Positions 19,207-28,479 of a stretch of 64,000 bases of DNA are shown in pieces. The stretch's first letter is position 1; every line of letters begins with the position of its first letter. This DNA is from Flavobacterium sp. GTDB taxonomy: Bacteria; Bacteroidota; Bacteroidia; Flavobacteriales; Flavobacteriaceae. Below the pieces are notes generated by a model, which was not told the origin of the DNA, made no database searches, and was given only the letters and a program-made list of their open reading frames with translations. Where the stretch lies: NCBI RefSeq assembly GCF_039916025.1, contig NZ_JBDSMB010000065.1, positions 2,135 to 66,134 of the forward strand. The letters are read 5' to 3'. The position numbers and the translations under genes are program-made.

Positions 19207-19220
19207 GCATGACCGCTAAC
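19207..19220. repeat. Cassette boundary core site (site E)
   Basis: ACCGCTAAC (19212-20) is the exact reverse complement of GTTAGCGGT (16100-08). Confidence 0.7.
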
Positions 19221-19369
19221 ATTATATATGCGCTATTAATTTGTTTCTTCTCTTTCAAATATAATCATTAACTATTACACACGAGCAAAGCGACTGCCGA
19301 AGGAAATCATCAAACAGTTTTGTGTGAAAAATTTTTAAAAATCAAAACTCACACACAAATAAGTTGGCA

Positions 19370-19458
19370 CTTCGACAGGCTCAGTGTGACAGTTAAGTGC
19401 GATTGTGTTTTCCAGTATTACAATTAAAAAGATAAATGTCAGTCTGAGCCTGTCGAAG
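19370..19458. repeat. REP-like inverted repeat element
   Basis: CTTCGACAGGCTCAGTGTGACA / TGTCAGTCTGAGCCTGTCGAAG, 20/22 complementary, 45-nt spacer. Confidence 0.85.
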
Positions 19459-19482
19459 ACTTTCTTTAATAAAAAGAAACTA

Positions 19483-20085
19483 CTATTTCAGCAGCCTTTC
19501 TTCTTCAAATAATAATTTGATATTTTCATACGAGTTTTTCAACGCTTCTTTTATTTGCTCGGGGTTGAGCCAAACCGCTTTTTCTATGCCTTCATTCGCC
19601 TGCGGAAATGGAATCCCATCAAATTTAGTCTGCATTTCAAACCAATGCGTGACTTTCAGTTTATACTTTCCGTTGCGTTTAAAAACATGGTAGGTTTTTT
19701 GAAGTTTTCGGGTAATGGCTAATTTGTCGACACCTGTTTCCTCTTCCACTTCGCGCATAGCAGTATCTTCAATTTCTTCTCCTCTTTCGATTCCGCCTTT
19801 TGGTAAATCCCATTTTCCGTTTCTGAAAATGAACAAAACTTCGCCTTTTTTATTAAAAACCAATCCACCTCCGGCTTTGCAAACCGGAATTTTTTCTTTC
19901 AGTTTTTTCAGAATCGCTTTTTCATCGGGATAATACAAATAAGCTTTCTGAATTTTGTTCTGAAACATTTTGATGATGACTTGCTCAAAATCAATGCTTT
20001 CCAACAAAAACAACTGAAAATCGGTCTCTTTGGCGATCTCGTTGGTTAAAAAAAGTGGTTTATCGTTGACAAAAACTTTATACAT
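19483..20085 (-). CDS. NUDIX hydrolase
   Basis: Nudix box GGIERGEEIEDTAMREVEEETG. Confidence 0.93.
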   Translation of the reverse strand: MYKVFVNDKPLFLTNEIAKETDFQLFLLESIDFEQVIIKMFQNKIQKAYLYYPDEKAILKKLKEKIPVCKAGGGLVFNKKGEVLFIFRNGKWDLPKGGIERGEEIEDTAMREVEEETGVDKLAITRKLQKTYHVFKRNGKYKLKVTHWFEMQTKFDGIPFPQANEGIEKAVWLNPEQIKEALKNSYENIKLLFEEERLLK

Positions 20086-20088
20086 TTG
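20081..20088 (+). promoter_or_regulatory. Candidate -7 element for pyrE
   Basis: TACATTTG ends 5 nt before the pyrE ATG and overlaps the NUDIX start codon. Confidence 0.45.
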
Positions 20089-20093
20089 TACTT

Positions 20094-20735
20094 ATGATTA
20101 TTAATAAAGACACAGCCGAAAAAACAGCCGAATTGCTTTTACAAATAAATGCAATTAAATTGAATCCAAAAAATCCTTTTACGTGGGCATCGGGTTGGAA
20201 TTCTCCAATTTACTGCGACAACCGACTCATACTGTCTTTCCCGGCGATAAGAAATTTTGTACGCGAAGAATTTTCTAAACGTATTGAGAAAGAATTTGGA
20301 AAACCCGACGTTATAGCAGGCGTTGCAACTGGAGCAATTGGCATCGGAATGCTCGTTGCCGAATACATGGGATTGCCTTTTGTATATGTTCGCCCGGAAC
20401 CAAAAAAACATGGTAGACAAAACCAGGTGGAAGGCTTTTTGCAAAAAGGGCAAAACGTAGTTGTTGTCGAAGATTTAATCAGTACCGGAAACAGTAGTCT
20501 GATAGCTGTTGAAGCCCTGAAAGAAGCCGGAGCACATGTTAAAGGAATGGTAGCGATTTTTACTTATGGCTTTGATGTTGCTATAGAGAATTTCAAAAAA
20601 GCGAATGTTGATTTGCATACATTAGCCGATTACAATAATTTATTAGAATTGGCTGTTGCCAAAAATTACATTACTGAAAAAGAACTCAAAACATTGCAGG
20701 AATGGCGTGAAAGTCCATCGACATGGAGTGTGTAA
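20094..20735 (+). CDS. pyrE: Orotate phosphoribosyltransferase
   Basis: SPIYCDNR, GVATGAI, RPEPKKHG and VVVVEDLISTG motifs. Confidence 0.97.
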   Translation: MIINKDTAEKTAELLLQINAIKLNPKNPFTWASGWNSPIYCDNRLILSFPAIRNFVREEFSKRIEKEFGKPDVIAGVATGAIGIGMLVAEYMGLPFVYVRPEPKKHGRQNQVEGFLQKGQNVVVVEDLISTGNSSLIAVEALKEAGAHVKGMVAIFTYGFDVAIENFKKANVDLHTLADYNNLLELAVAKNYITEKELKTLQEWRESPSTWSV

Positions 20736-20739
20736 AAAA

Positions 20740-20828
20740 AGAACATAGAATATAGAACAAAGAACATAGAAGAAAAAGTAAGTATTAATAACTTATCTAT
20801 TTTCTATATTCTATTCTCTATTTTCTCT
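20740..20828. repeat. Heptamer inverted-arm element (AGAACAT family)
   Basis: Left arm AGAACAT AGAATAT AGAACAA AGAACAT; right arm tctattttctatattctattctctattttct. Confidence 0.85.
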
Positions 20829-20840
20829 AAAACAAAAACT

Positions 20841-21233
20841 ATGAATTTAGAAAGCCCGAAAGTTACCATAGAAAAATCAGCACAACACATCTTTGATTCA
20901 TTGTCTGATGTAAAAAACTTTGAAAAACTAATGCCTGAGAATATTGCCAAATTTGAAGTTTTGGGTGATGATATTTTCAACTTTGGTTTAAAAGGAATGC
21001 CGGAAATCAAATTGAAGATGAAAGACAAAACTCCAAATTCCAAAGTGGTTTTAGCTGCTGCAAGCGATAAATTACCATTTACTTTAACAGCAAACATTGA
21101 TTCAGTTTCTGATTCGTCAAGCGCAGTGCAATTGCATTTTGAAGGCGATTTCAATCCAATGATGGCAATGATGATAAAAGGGCCAATCTCAAAATTCATA
21201 GAGACGTTGGCGGAGAATATGCATAAGTTGTAA
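20841..21233 (+). CDS. SRPBCC/START-like protein
   Basis: IFDSLSDVKNFEKLMP; size and pattern fit the family. Confidence 0.75.
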   Translation: MNLESPKVTIEKSAQHIFDSLSDVKNFEKLMPENIAKFEVLGDDIFNFGLKGMPEIKLKMKDKTPNSKVVLAAASDKLPFTLTANIDSVSDSSSAVQLHFEGDFNPMMAMMIKGPISKFIETLAENMHKL

Positions 21234-21252
21234 AATTCGTAATTCGTAATTA
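21234..21252. repeat. AATTACG heptamer array, reverse orientation
   Basis: aattcgtaattcgtaatta. Confidence 0.65.
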
Positions 21253-21290
21253 TAAATAAAAAAGCTACTGAGAAGTAGCTTTTTTATTTA
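21253..21290. terminator. Bidirectional terminator
   Basis: Perfect 17-bp stem TAAATAAAAAAGCTACT with GAGA loop. Confidence 0.85.
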
Positions 21291-23213
21291 TTTAACGGTC
21301 GTCAATCGCTTGTCAATAACGCGTTCCATATAATCCTGGACAAACGCTTTGCAGCGTAACTCAAGTGAATTCATTTCTGCGTTTCGTTGTGAAATTAGAT
21401 TATGCTCCATTCCTTTATCATCTGCAGCATAAAACCCAATTGCTTTCTTCCCATCAAAAGTGCAGATATAATTGCCGCTCATAAACTGGTACATATTAGA
21501 ACCATATTTTATCACAAATGGCGCTACTTTCTTTTCGCTAATTAAGCTTCTACCCCAACTTCTGAAAGGCTTTTGATACCCAATCATATCCAAAAGCGTT
21601 GGGAAAATATCGATTTGTTGTGCCCAGTCATTGTTAACACCAACATATTTTTCATCAGGAGAAAAGAACAGAATGGGCACTGTGTTTTTATTGAATTCCT
21701 TTTTGTATTCATCATAAGCAATTGTGTTTCCGTGATCTGCTACGAGAACAAAAATGGTGTTTTTGTACCAAGGTTCTTTTTTGGCTGCAGCGAAAAATTT
21801 CTTCAGCGCCATATCTGTGTAACCTATGCATTGATTGATATTGACTTTGCCTTTTGGAAATTTGCCTTCATACTTCTCCGGAACTTTATACGGCTCGTGA
21901 GATGAAACCGTGAATATCGTTCCCATAAAAGGTTGCTTTTTCTGTGACAACGTTTTATTGAAAAACTGGAAGAAAGGTTCATCCCAAATTCCCCAAACGC
22001 CATCAAAATCAGCATCGTTACTATACTCTGTTTTGCCATAATAATGGTCGTAACCCAATATATTTCCGAACCCTAAAAATCCCATCGAACCATTTGGCGC
22101 ACCATGAAAAAACGAAGTGTCATAACCTTCACTTTTTAAAGTAGAAACCAGCGATTCTATTTTTTGCTTTGGATATGGTGAAGAAGTAAACGCATTCTGA
22201 AACGACGGAATTCCGGCAATAACAGACGACATTCCGTGAATCGATTTCCAGCCATTGGCATACGCATTGGTAAAAATTAAACTTTGCTGCGCCAACGAAT
22301 CTACGAATGGTGTATAGCCTTCATAATCCGGAATTTTTGTTCCTTTATTAAAAGCACCGCTATATTCTCTGGCAAAGCTTTCTATAATAAAAATGACAAT
22401 ATTTGGTTTAGTTGGCGGATTGTTTTTGTATTGTTTTATCGGCATCAATAAACTATCAACCTGCGCTTTGGAAACAAGATTTACTTTCTTAAATGTATTG
22501 GTATTCCAGGTTCTGATTATCGCAAATGGTGTGTTCAAAACCACATCGGCCTGACCGGAACTTTTAGTATAACGGCTGGCATCTAAAATATTAATTGGCC
22601 GTGTACTTTTCTTAAAATCACCTCGAATTCCTCCAATGCAAAGAGTTGTAATCAACAGGAAACTTACCACCGAAAAGAAGAAATATTTAATGCTCGGTCT
22701 TTCTGTATTATCAACTATTTTAATCTTTTTATAAATCCAAATCCAAAGTAATGCCAACACAAAAAACAGCAAAAACACGTGCCAATAGTTTTTCAAAAAA
22801 TCAAAAAACAAAAGCGCTTTATTGCTCTCATTTTCAAGTGTATCAAGCGAGGCTCTTGTACTTCTGCTAAAAGTATATCGATAATAAATAAAGTCAATGA
22901 AATTAGCTGAGTAAGCCAAGAAATTGGTAACAAAATAGATGTAGAATAATACCTTTTGATATGCCTTTTTTGTATTGACAACTGCAGGAAAAATGGAAAC
23001 TAAAATGAATAAGCTGTTTACATACAAGATGGTTGTGGTGTCGAAAACCAATCCGTGATAAGACAATTTCAGAAAATCAATGAGGCCGTCAACTTTAATC
23101 AAAGAACTGTTATAAACATAAAATAAAACTCGGGCTATGGAGTAAAAAACGTAAGCTAATAAAATTCTAAAAACGAGTATTTTGTATTCGTCAAAACGCG
23201 GGTATCTTTTCAT
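21288..23213 (-). CDS. LTA synthase family (sulfatase-fold) membrane protein
   Basis: N-terminal TM helices; PNIVIFIIESF, SSHEPY and VADHG motifs; start set at MKRYPRF. Confidence 0.88.
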   Translation of the reverse strand: MKRYPRFDEYKILVFRILLAYVFYSIARVLFYVYNSSLIKVDGLIDFLKLSYHGLVFDTTTILYVNSLFILVSIFPAVVNTKKAYQKVLFYIYFVTNFLAYSANFIDFIYYRYTFSRSTRASLDTLENESNKALLFFDFLKNYWHVFLLFFVLALLWIWIYKKIKIVDNTERPSIKYFFFSVVSFLLITTLCIGGIRGDFKKSTRPINILDASRYTKSSGQADVVLNTPFAIIRTWNTNTFKKVNLVSKAQVDSLLMPIKQYKNNPPTKPNIVIFIIESFAREYSGAFNKGTKIPDYEGYTPFVDSLAQQSLIFTNAYANGWKSIHGMSSVIAGIPSFQNAFTSSPYPKQKIESLVSTLKSEGYDTSFFHGAPNGSMGFLGFGNILGYDHYYGKTEYSNDADFDGVWGIWDEPFFQFFNKTLSQKKQPFMGTIFTVSSHEPYKVPEKYEGKFPKGKVNINQCIGYTDMALKKFFAAAKKEPWYKNTIFVLVADHGNTIAYDEYKKEFNKNTVPILFFSPDEKYVGVNNDWAQQIDIFPTLLDMIGYQKPFRSWGRSLISEKKVAPFVIKYGSNMYQFMSGNYICTFDGKKAIGFYAADDKGMEHNLISQRNAEMNSLELRCKAFVQDYMERVIDKRLTTVK

Positions 23214-23331
23214 AAATAGTAAAAAAAGGAACAGAGCAAAACTACATATTTCAGTGGTAAATGCTGCATATTTTAAATTAATATTGTGCATCACGCTACT
23301 TTTATTTAATTTGCACTAAAATATCAGCATA

Positions 23332-25110
23332 ATGACTCAAATCTCAAGACTTTTTGACTTCCCATACCATCAGCTTGAAAAGTATAATCTTCAGGACGCA
23401 TTAGTTACAAAACAAAACGGACAATGGATTAAAACTTCAACAAAGGAATATCTTGAAAAAGCCAACACGATTTCGAGAGCATTATTGGGAATGGGAATTC
23501 AGAAAAATGACAAGATTGCCATCATTTCTTCCAACAACAGAACCGAGTGGCATATCATGGATATTGGCGTTTTGCAGACCGGTGCGCAGACAGTGCCAAT
23601 CTATCCAACCATTTCAGAAATCGATTATGAATATATTTTAAATCATTCTGAAGCGATGTATTGCATCGTATCTGACGAAGAAGTTTTGGGGAAAGTGAAT
23701 CAGATTAAAGCCAATGTTCCAAAACTTAAAGAAGTGTATTCATTCAATGAAATTCCAGGTTGTAAAAACTGGTCTGAATTACTGGAATTGGGAAAAGACG
23801 AAAGCAATCAGAATGAAGTTGAAGAACGAAAAAATAACGTTAAGCCACTTGAATTAGCAACGATAATTTATACTTCGGGAACAACCGGAAGACCAAAAGG
23901 CGTAATGCTTTCGCACAACAATATTGTTTCAAATGTTTTGGACAGTGCCGACAGAATTCCGTTTAATCCAGGTGAGAGTCGTGCGTTGAGCTTCCTTCCT
24001 ATTTGCCATATTTATGAACGGATGGTAACTTATATATATCAGTTTTATGGTTGTTCGATTTACTTTGGAGAATCCATTGAAAAGATTTCAGATAATATAA
24101 AAGAAGTCAATCCAACCGTAATGACGGGCGTTCCAAGGCTTATTGAAAAAGTTTACGAAAAGATTATTGCCAAAGGTTCTGAACTTACCGGAATAAAAAA
24201 GAAGTTGTTTTTCTGGGCGATTGATATCGGATTGAAATATGAGCCTTATGGAGCCAATGGTTTTTGGTATGAATTACAGTTAAAAGTTGCCCAAAAACTT
24301 ATTTTCAGCAAATGGAAAGCTGGTTTGGGCGGAAGATTAGATTTGATTGTAAACGGAAGTGCAGCATTACAGCCACGCTTAGCTCGAATATTTGCGGCTG
24401 CAGAAATCTATGTTATGGAAGGTTATGGTTTATCTGAAACTTCACCTGTAATATCTGTAAACGACATGCGAAACAGAGGTTTCAGAATTGGAACTGCCGG
24501 AAGAATTATCAATAATGTAGAAGTTAAAATCGCTGCCGATGGTGAAATACTTTGTAAAGGTCCAAATGTGATGATGGGTTATTACAAAGACGAAGCGCTG
24601 ACCAAAGAAGCAATCGTTGACGGTTATTTTCATACAGGCGATATTGGTGAAATTGATGCCGATGGTTTCCTCAAAATTACCGACCGGAAAAAAGAAATGT
24701 TCAAAACATCAGGCGGAAAATACATTGCGCCACAGTTATTGGAAAATGCTATGAAGCAATCTCGTTTTATTGAGCAGATTATGGTTATTGGCGACGGACA
24801 GAAAATGCCTGCTGCCTTCATTCAGCCCAATTTCGAATTTGTAAAAGAATGGGCAAAGTTGCATAAAATAAATATTGGAACAACCAACGAAGAAATTATA
24901 CAAAATCCTGAAGTCATCAAACGCATCCTCCAGGAAGTTGACACGGTGAATGAGAAATTCGGTAACTGGGAAAAAATCAAAAAGTTTGAATTAACTCCGG
25001 ATTTGTGGACAGTTCCAGCCGGACATTTAACGCCGACAATGAAACTAAAACGCAAAATTGTAATGGAAAAATACATTAATCTGTTTCACAAAATTTACGA
25101 TTCCAACTAA
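23332..25110 (+). CDS. fadD: Long-chain fatty acid--CoA ligase
   Basis: YTSGTTGRPKG, EGYGLSET and YFHTGDIG..ITDRKK motifs. Confidence 0.9.
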   Translation: MTQISRLFDFPYHQLEKYNLQDALVTKQNGQWIKTSTKEYLEKANTISRALLGMGIQKNDKIAIISSNNRTEWHIMDIGVLQTGAQTVPIYPTISEIDYEYILNHSEAMYCIVSDEEVLGKVNQIKANVPKLKEVYSFNEIPGCKNWSELLELGKDESNQNEVEERKNNVKPLELATIIYTSGTTGRPKGVMLSHNNIVSNVLDSADRIPFNPGESRALSFLPICHIYERMVTYIYQFYGCSIYFGESIEKISDNIKEVNPTVMTGVPRLIEKVYEKIIAKGSELTGIKKKLFFWAIDIGLKYEPYGANGFWYELQLKVAQKLIFSKWKAGLGGRLDLIVNGSAALQPRLARIFAAAEIYVMEGYGLSETSPVISVNDMRNRGFRIGTAGRIINNVEVKIAADGEILCKGPNVMMGYYKDEALTKEAIVDGYFHTGDIGEIDADGFLKITDRKKEMFKTSGGKYIAPQLLENAMKQSRFIEQIMVIGDGQKMPAAFIQPNFEFVKEWAKLHKINIGTTNEEIIQNPEVIKRILQEVDTVNEKFGNWEKIKKFELTPDLWTVPAGHLTPTMKLKRKIVMEKYINLFHKIYDSN

Positions 25111-25128
25111 CCTTTAACTCTTTAAACT

Positions 25129-26208
25129 ATGAAAATAAAACAAATTCTAATCACATTGATAACGGTAACTTTATTTTCTGGCTGCAAAGAAAATAAATCG
25201 GAAACTACTAAAGCACAAAATTCTACAAGTGACAGCATAAAAGCCAACTATTTGGATTACTCTAAAAGTGATGATCAGGCAACTGGCGGCATCAAAATGA
25301 TTCCGATCAAAACTCCAAAAGGCACTTTTAATGTCTGGACAAAACGGGTCGGAAACAATCCTACTATAAAAGTCCTTTTATTGCATGGTGGCCCTGGCGG
25401 AACTCATGAGTTTTTTGAGAGCTATGACGGTTATTTCCCAAATGAAAGTATTGAGTACATTTACTATGACCAGCTGGGTTCTTATTATAGTGACCAGCCA
25501 AGTGATAAAAGCTTGTGGACTATTGACCGTTTTGTTGAAGAAGTGGAACAAGTCCGCATAGCTTTAAAATTGGACAATTCTAATTTCTATTTATTAGGTC
25601 AGTCCTGGGGCGGCATATTGGCTATGGAATATGCTTTGAAATATCAAAAAAATTTAAAAGGATTGGTCATTTCAAATATGATGGCGAGTGCGCCAGCGTA
25701 TAACAAATATGCTGAAGATGTTCTTGGTCCGAAACTTCCAAAAGAAGTTTTTAATCAAATAAAGGAATTTGAAAAAAACAAAGACTATCAGAATCCAAAA
25801 TATGCTGAATTGCTATTCAAATATTATTATACGGAACATATACTTAGAATGCCAATCGATAAATGGCCTGAGTCAATCAACAGAGCCTTCAAGCATTTGA
25901 ATCCTGAGGTGTATATTTATATGCAAGGGCCAAGTGAATTCGGAATTACGGGCGATGCCACTTTAAAAAACTGGGATATCACTTCAAAGTTAAAAACACT
26001 TACGATTCCGACACTCGTAATTGGCTCACAATATGACACTATGGATCCAAAACATATGGAATGGATTTCCAAAGAAGTCCAAAACGGACGGTTTTTATAT
26101 TGTCCAAACGGAAGTCATTGTTCTCAATTTGATGATCAGGAACATTATTTTCCTGGTGTAATTAAGTTTTTAAGAGATGTTGAGGCCGGTAATTTTAAAA
26201 AGTCTTAA
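25129..26208 (+). CDS. Proline iminopeptidase-family hydrolase (lipoprotein)
   Basis: Lipobox FSGC; LLHGGPGG, GQSWGG and GSHC motifs. Confidence 0.88.
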   Translation: MKIKQILITLITVTLFSGCKENKSETTKAQNSTSDSIKANYLDYSKSDDQATGGIKMIPIKTPKGTFNVWTKRVGNNPTIKVLLLHGGPGGTHEFFESYDGYFPNESIEYIYYDQLGSYYSDQPSDKSLWTIDRFVEEVEQVRIALKLDNSNFYLLGQSWGGILAMEYALKYQKNLKGLVISNMMASAPAYNKYAEDVLGPKLPKEVFNQIKEFEKNKDYQNPKYAELLFKYYYTEHILRMPIDKWPESINRAFKHLNPEVYIYMQGPSEFGITGDATLKNWDITSKLKTLTIPTLVIGSQYDTMDPKHMEWISKEVQNGRFLYCPNGSHCSQFDDQEHYFPGVIKFLRDVEAGNFKKS

Positions 26209-26231
26209 CCATCAATAATCCCATTCAGAGT

Positions 26232-26259
26232 AAAGCTTCTTAAAAAATTAAGAAGCTTT
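26232..26259 (+). terminator. Intrinsic terminator
   Basis: AAAGCTTCTTAA-AAAA-TTAAGAAGCTTT followed by a T tract. Confidence 0.8.
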
Positions 26260-26414
26260 TTTTACATCAAATCCATAACGATAATTCATAATGTTTTGTC
26301 ATTTAGGTTATTAACATTATTGATTTTTAAATAGTTAATAATTAATTATGTTAATTTTTAACAATAGTTCAATTATCAATACTTTTATTCTACTAACCAT
26401 TTAATTTTTTAATT

Positions 26415-26810
26415 ATGAATGTAAAAAACTTTTTAATCGGTGGAATTGTTGGAGGAATTGTTGACTTCTTATTAGGATGGCTTGTTTATGGCATGCTATT
26501 GAAAAACATGATGCCTCCACCAGAAGGTTCTGGACCAGAAAATATGTTGTACATTTTCCTAGGCTGCATGTCTTTTGGTTTTTTAATTTCCTGGGTATTT
26601 GCACAAGGAGAAGGAATTTCTAACGTTACTGCCGGAATTAAAATGGCAATCGGTATATCGATATTTATGTCGCTATGCACTCATTTCTTCCAAAACATGT
26701 ATAGTGACAGTGTAGATGTTAAGATGGTTGCTATTGATATTGTAGCAGGATTGGTTTTGGCTACTGGTGTCGGAGCTGTCGTTGCAATGGTCAATGGCAA
26801 GATGAAATAA
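26415..26810 (+). CDS. Hypothetical four-TM membrane protein
   Basis: GGIVDFLLGWLVYG; four hydrophobic segments. Confidence 0.75.
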   Translation: MNVKNFLIGGIVGGIVDFLLGWLVYGMLLKNMMPPPEGSGPENMLYIFLGCMSFGFLISWVFAQGEGISNVTAGIKMAIGISIFMSLCTHFFQNMYSDSVDVKMVAIDIVAGLVLATGVGAVVAMVNGKMK

Positions 26811-26831
26811 AGTATTACAATTTTCATAGTG

Positions 26832-26865
26832 AAAAGCGCCTGGGGATTCGTTTCTGGGCGCTTTT
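26832..26865 (+). terminator. Intrinsic terminator
   Basis: AAAAGCGCC..GGCGCTTTT. Confidence 0.75.
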
Positions 26866-27030
26866 GTTATTTAGCATAACTTCCTTAGCGCCAATAATGT
26901 GAATTATGCAATTTTAAAGAATTATTTTGTAAGGCATATAACAAAACAAAGAACCAACTTTGTTCAACCAATAAATGGAAAAACAAAACAAATCCTAAAA
27001 GTTGGCTTATCAACCTAAAAAATAAAAATT

Positions 27031-27225
27031 ATGAATTTAAAAAGAATCTTCGGAGCTGTACTAACCGTTTTAGGAATTGCCAGTTTAATATATGCTGCGC
27101 AAATGTTCCTTAGCGGAAACGATGGAAATAGACAAATCAGAGAGCTTATAGTATTTACTGTTCTCGGGTTAATTTTTTTCGTGACCGGAATCAGTTTGGT
27201 CCGAACTACAAAAGACGAAGCATAA
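27031..27225 (+). CDS. Small two-TM membrane protein
   Basis: 64 aa, two hydrophobic helices, A-rich translation initiation region. Confidence 0.75.
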   Translation: MNLKRIFGAVLTVLGIASLIYAAQMFLSGNDGNRQIRELIVFTVLGLIFFVTGISLVRTTKDEA

Positions 27226-27263
27226 ATGAAATAAATATACACTAACATTTAAAATTAATAATT

Positions 27264-27581
27264 ATGAAAACAATCACAAAACTCAGAATGTTGATGATTA
27301 TCTTATCATTAGCCATAACTGCTCCAGCGTTTGCTACAATTGACCCGGCAACGGAAGCAGCCGTTAATAATGCAACGACTGATAAAGCTAAAACCGAAAT
27401 TTTCGAAAACAGGATTAAAGAAATCAGAGATATGGATAGAACTGATATGACCCGTGCTGAAAGAAAAGAACTTAGAAAAGAAGTTAAAGAAATAAAAACT
27501 TCGATGAAAGCTCTTAGTGGTGGTGTTTATATTTCAGTAGGAGCCATTATCATCATTTTGTTATTGATTTTAATATTATAA
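27264..27581 (+). CDS. Hypothetical exported protein with C-terminal membrane anchor
   Basis: Signal peptide, charged helical core, GGVYISVGAIIIILLLILIL tail. Confidence 0.75.
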   Translation: MKTITKLRMLMIILSLAITAPAFATIDPATEAAVNNATTDKAKTEIFENRIKEIRDMDRTDMTRAERKELRKEVKEIKTSMKALSGGVYISVGAIIIILLLILIL

Positions 27582-27717
27582 TCTAAAGAAAGTATTTATA
27601 CTTACTCTTTTACGTCCTATACCCTAAATTCTCTGGAATTTCTTTCAGGGAATTTTAGTTAACTCTAGTTTCATCAACAGAAATTTCTATTCACTCTTAT
27701 TATTAAGCTATTGATAT

Positions 27718-28476
27718 ATGATTACTGCTATAAAGAATATGTTTACCAATACTGGAGATATTTCCTTATTTACCGCAAGGTTTTTTAAAGAAGCATTTCT
27801 ACCTCCGTTTCAAATCAATGAATTTTTCAGACAATGTTATACTGTTGGCTGTAAATCATTGCCTTTGGTGTCATTAACTGGCTTTATTATGGGTGTAGTG
27901 CTCACGATACAATCCCGCCCAACAATGGTGAAGTTTGGTGCAGAAACCTGGCTGCCAAGTATGGTGTCACTTTCACTTATCAGAGAAATTGCACCGGTAA
28001 TAACCGCTTTAATATGTGCCGGAAAAATAGCATCGAGCATGGGAGCCGAGTTAGGTTCGATGAAAGTAACTGAACAGATAGATGCTATGGAAGTATCAGC
28101 TATAAATCCATTTAAATATTTGGTGGTTACCCGTGTTTTAGCCACTACTTTAATGATTCCGCTTTTAGTTCTTTATGCTGATTTCATTGGTATTGCTGGA
28201 GGTTATATCGGATATAACATTCATGGTTCTATGAGTTTACAACGTTATCTTGCTGGTGTTTTTGATCATTTGGAATTTATGGATATTGTTCCGGCAACCA
28301 TTAAAACTTTTTTCTTTGGATTCTTTATCGGGATGATAGGTTGTTATAAAGGCTTTACCGCTTCCAATGGAACTGCCAGTGTGGGAGTAGCGGCAAATTC
28401 AGCCGTTGTAACTGCTTCGCTATCCATTTTTATCATTGACATGTTGGCTGTTCAATTAACCGATTTATTTCTTTAA
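27718..28476 (+). CDS. mlaE: MlaE-family ABC permease
   Basis: REIAPVITAL..AGKIASSMGAELGSMKVTEQIDAMEV. Confidence 0.92.
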   Translation: MITAIKNMFTNTGDISLFTARFFKEAFLPPFQINEFFRQCYTVGCKSLPLVSLTGFIMGVVLTIQSRPTMVKFGAETWLPSMVSLSLIREIAPVITALICAGKIASSMGAELGSMKVTEQIDAMEVSAINPFKYLVVTRVLATTLMIPLLVLYADFIGIAGGYIGYNIHGSMSLQRYLAGVFDHLEFMDIVPATIKTFFFGFFIGMIGCYKGFTASNGTASVGVAANSAVVTASLSIFIIDMLAVQLTDLFL

Positions 28477-28479
28477 CCC

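Noticed and set aside
12977-19220. CRISPR array
   Set aside because: Spacers are whole genes, repeats are over 120 nt and diverged, and no cas genes are present.
26928-26943. TGTAA-N6-TAACA as a CRP/FNR-like site
   Set aside because: Single degenerate instance in AT-rich DNA with no cognate regulator in the window.
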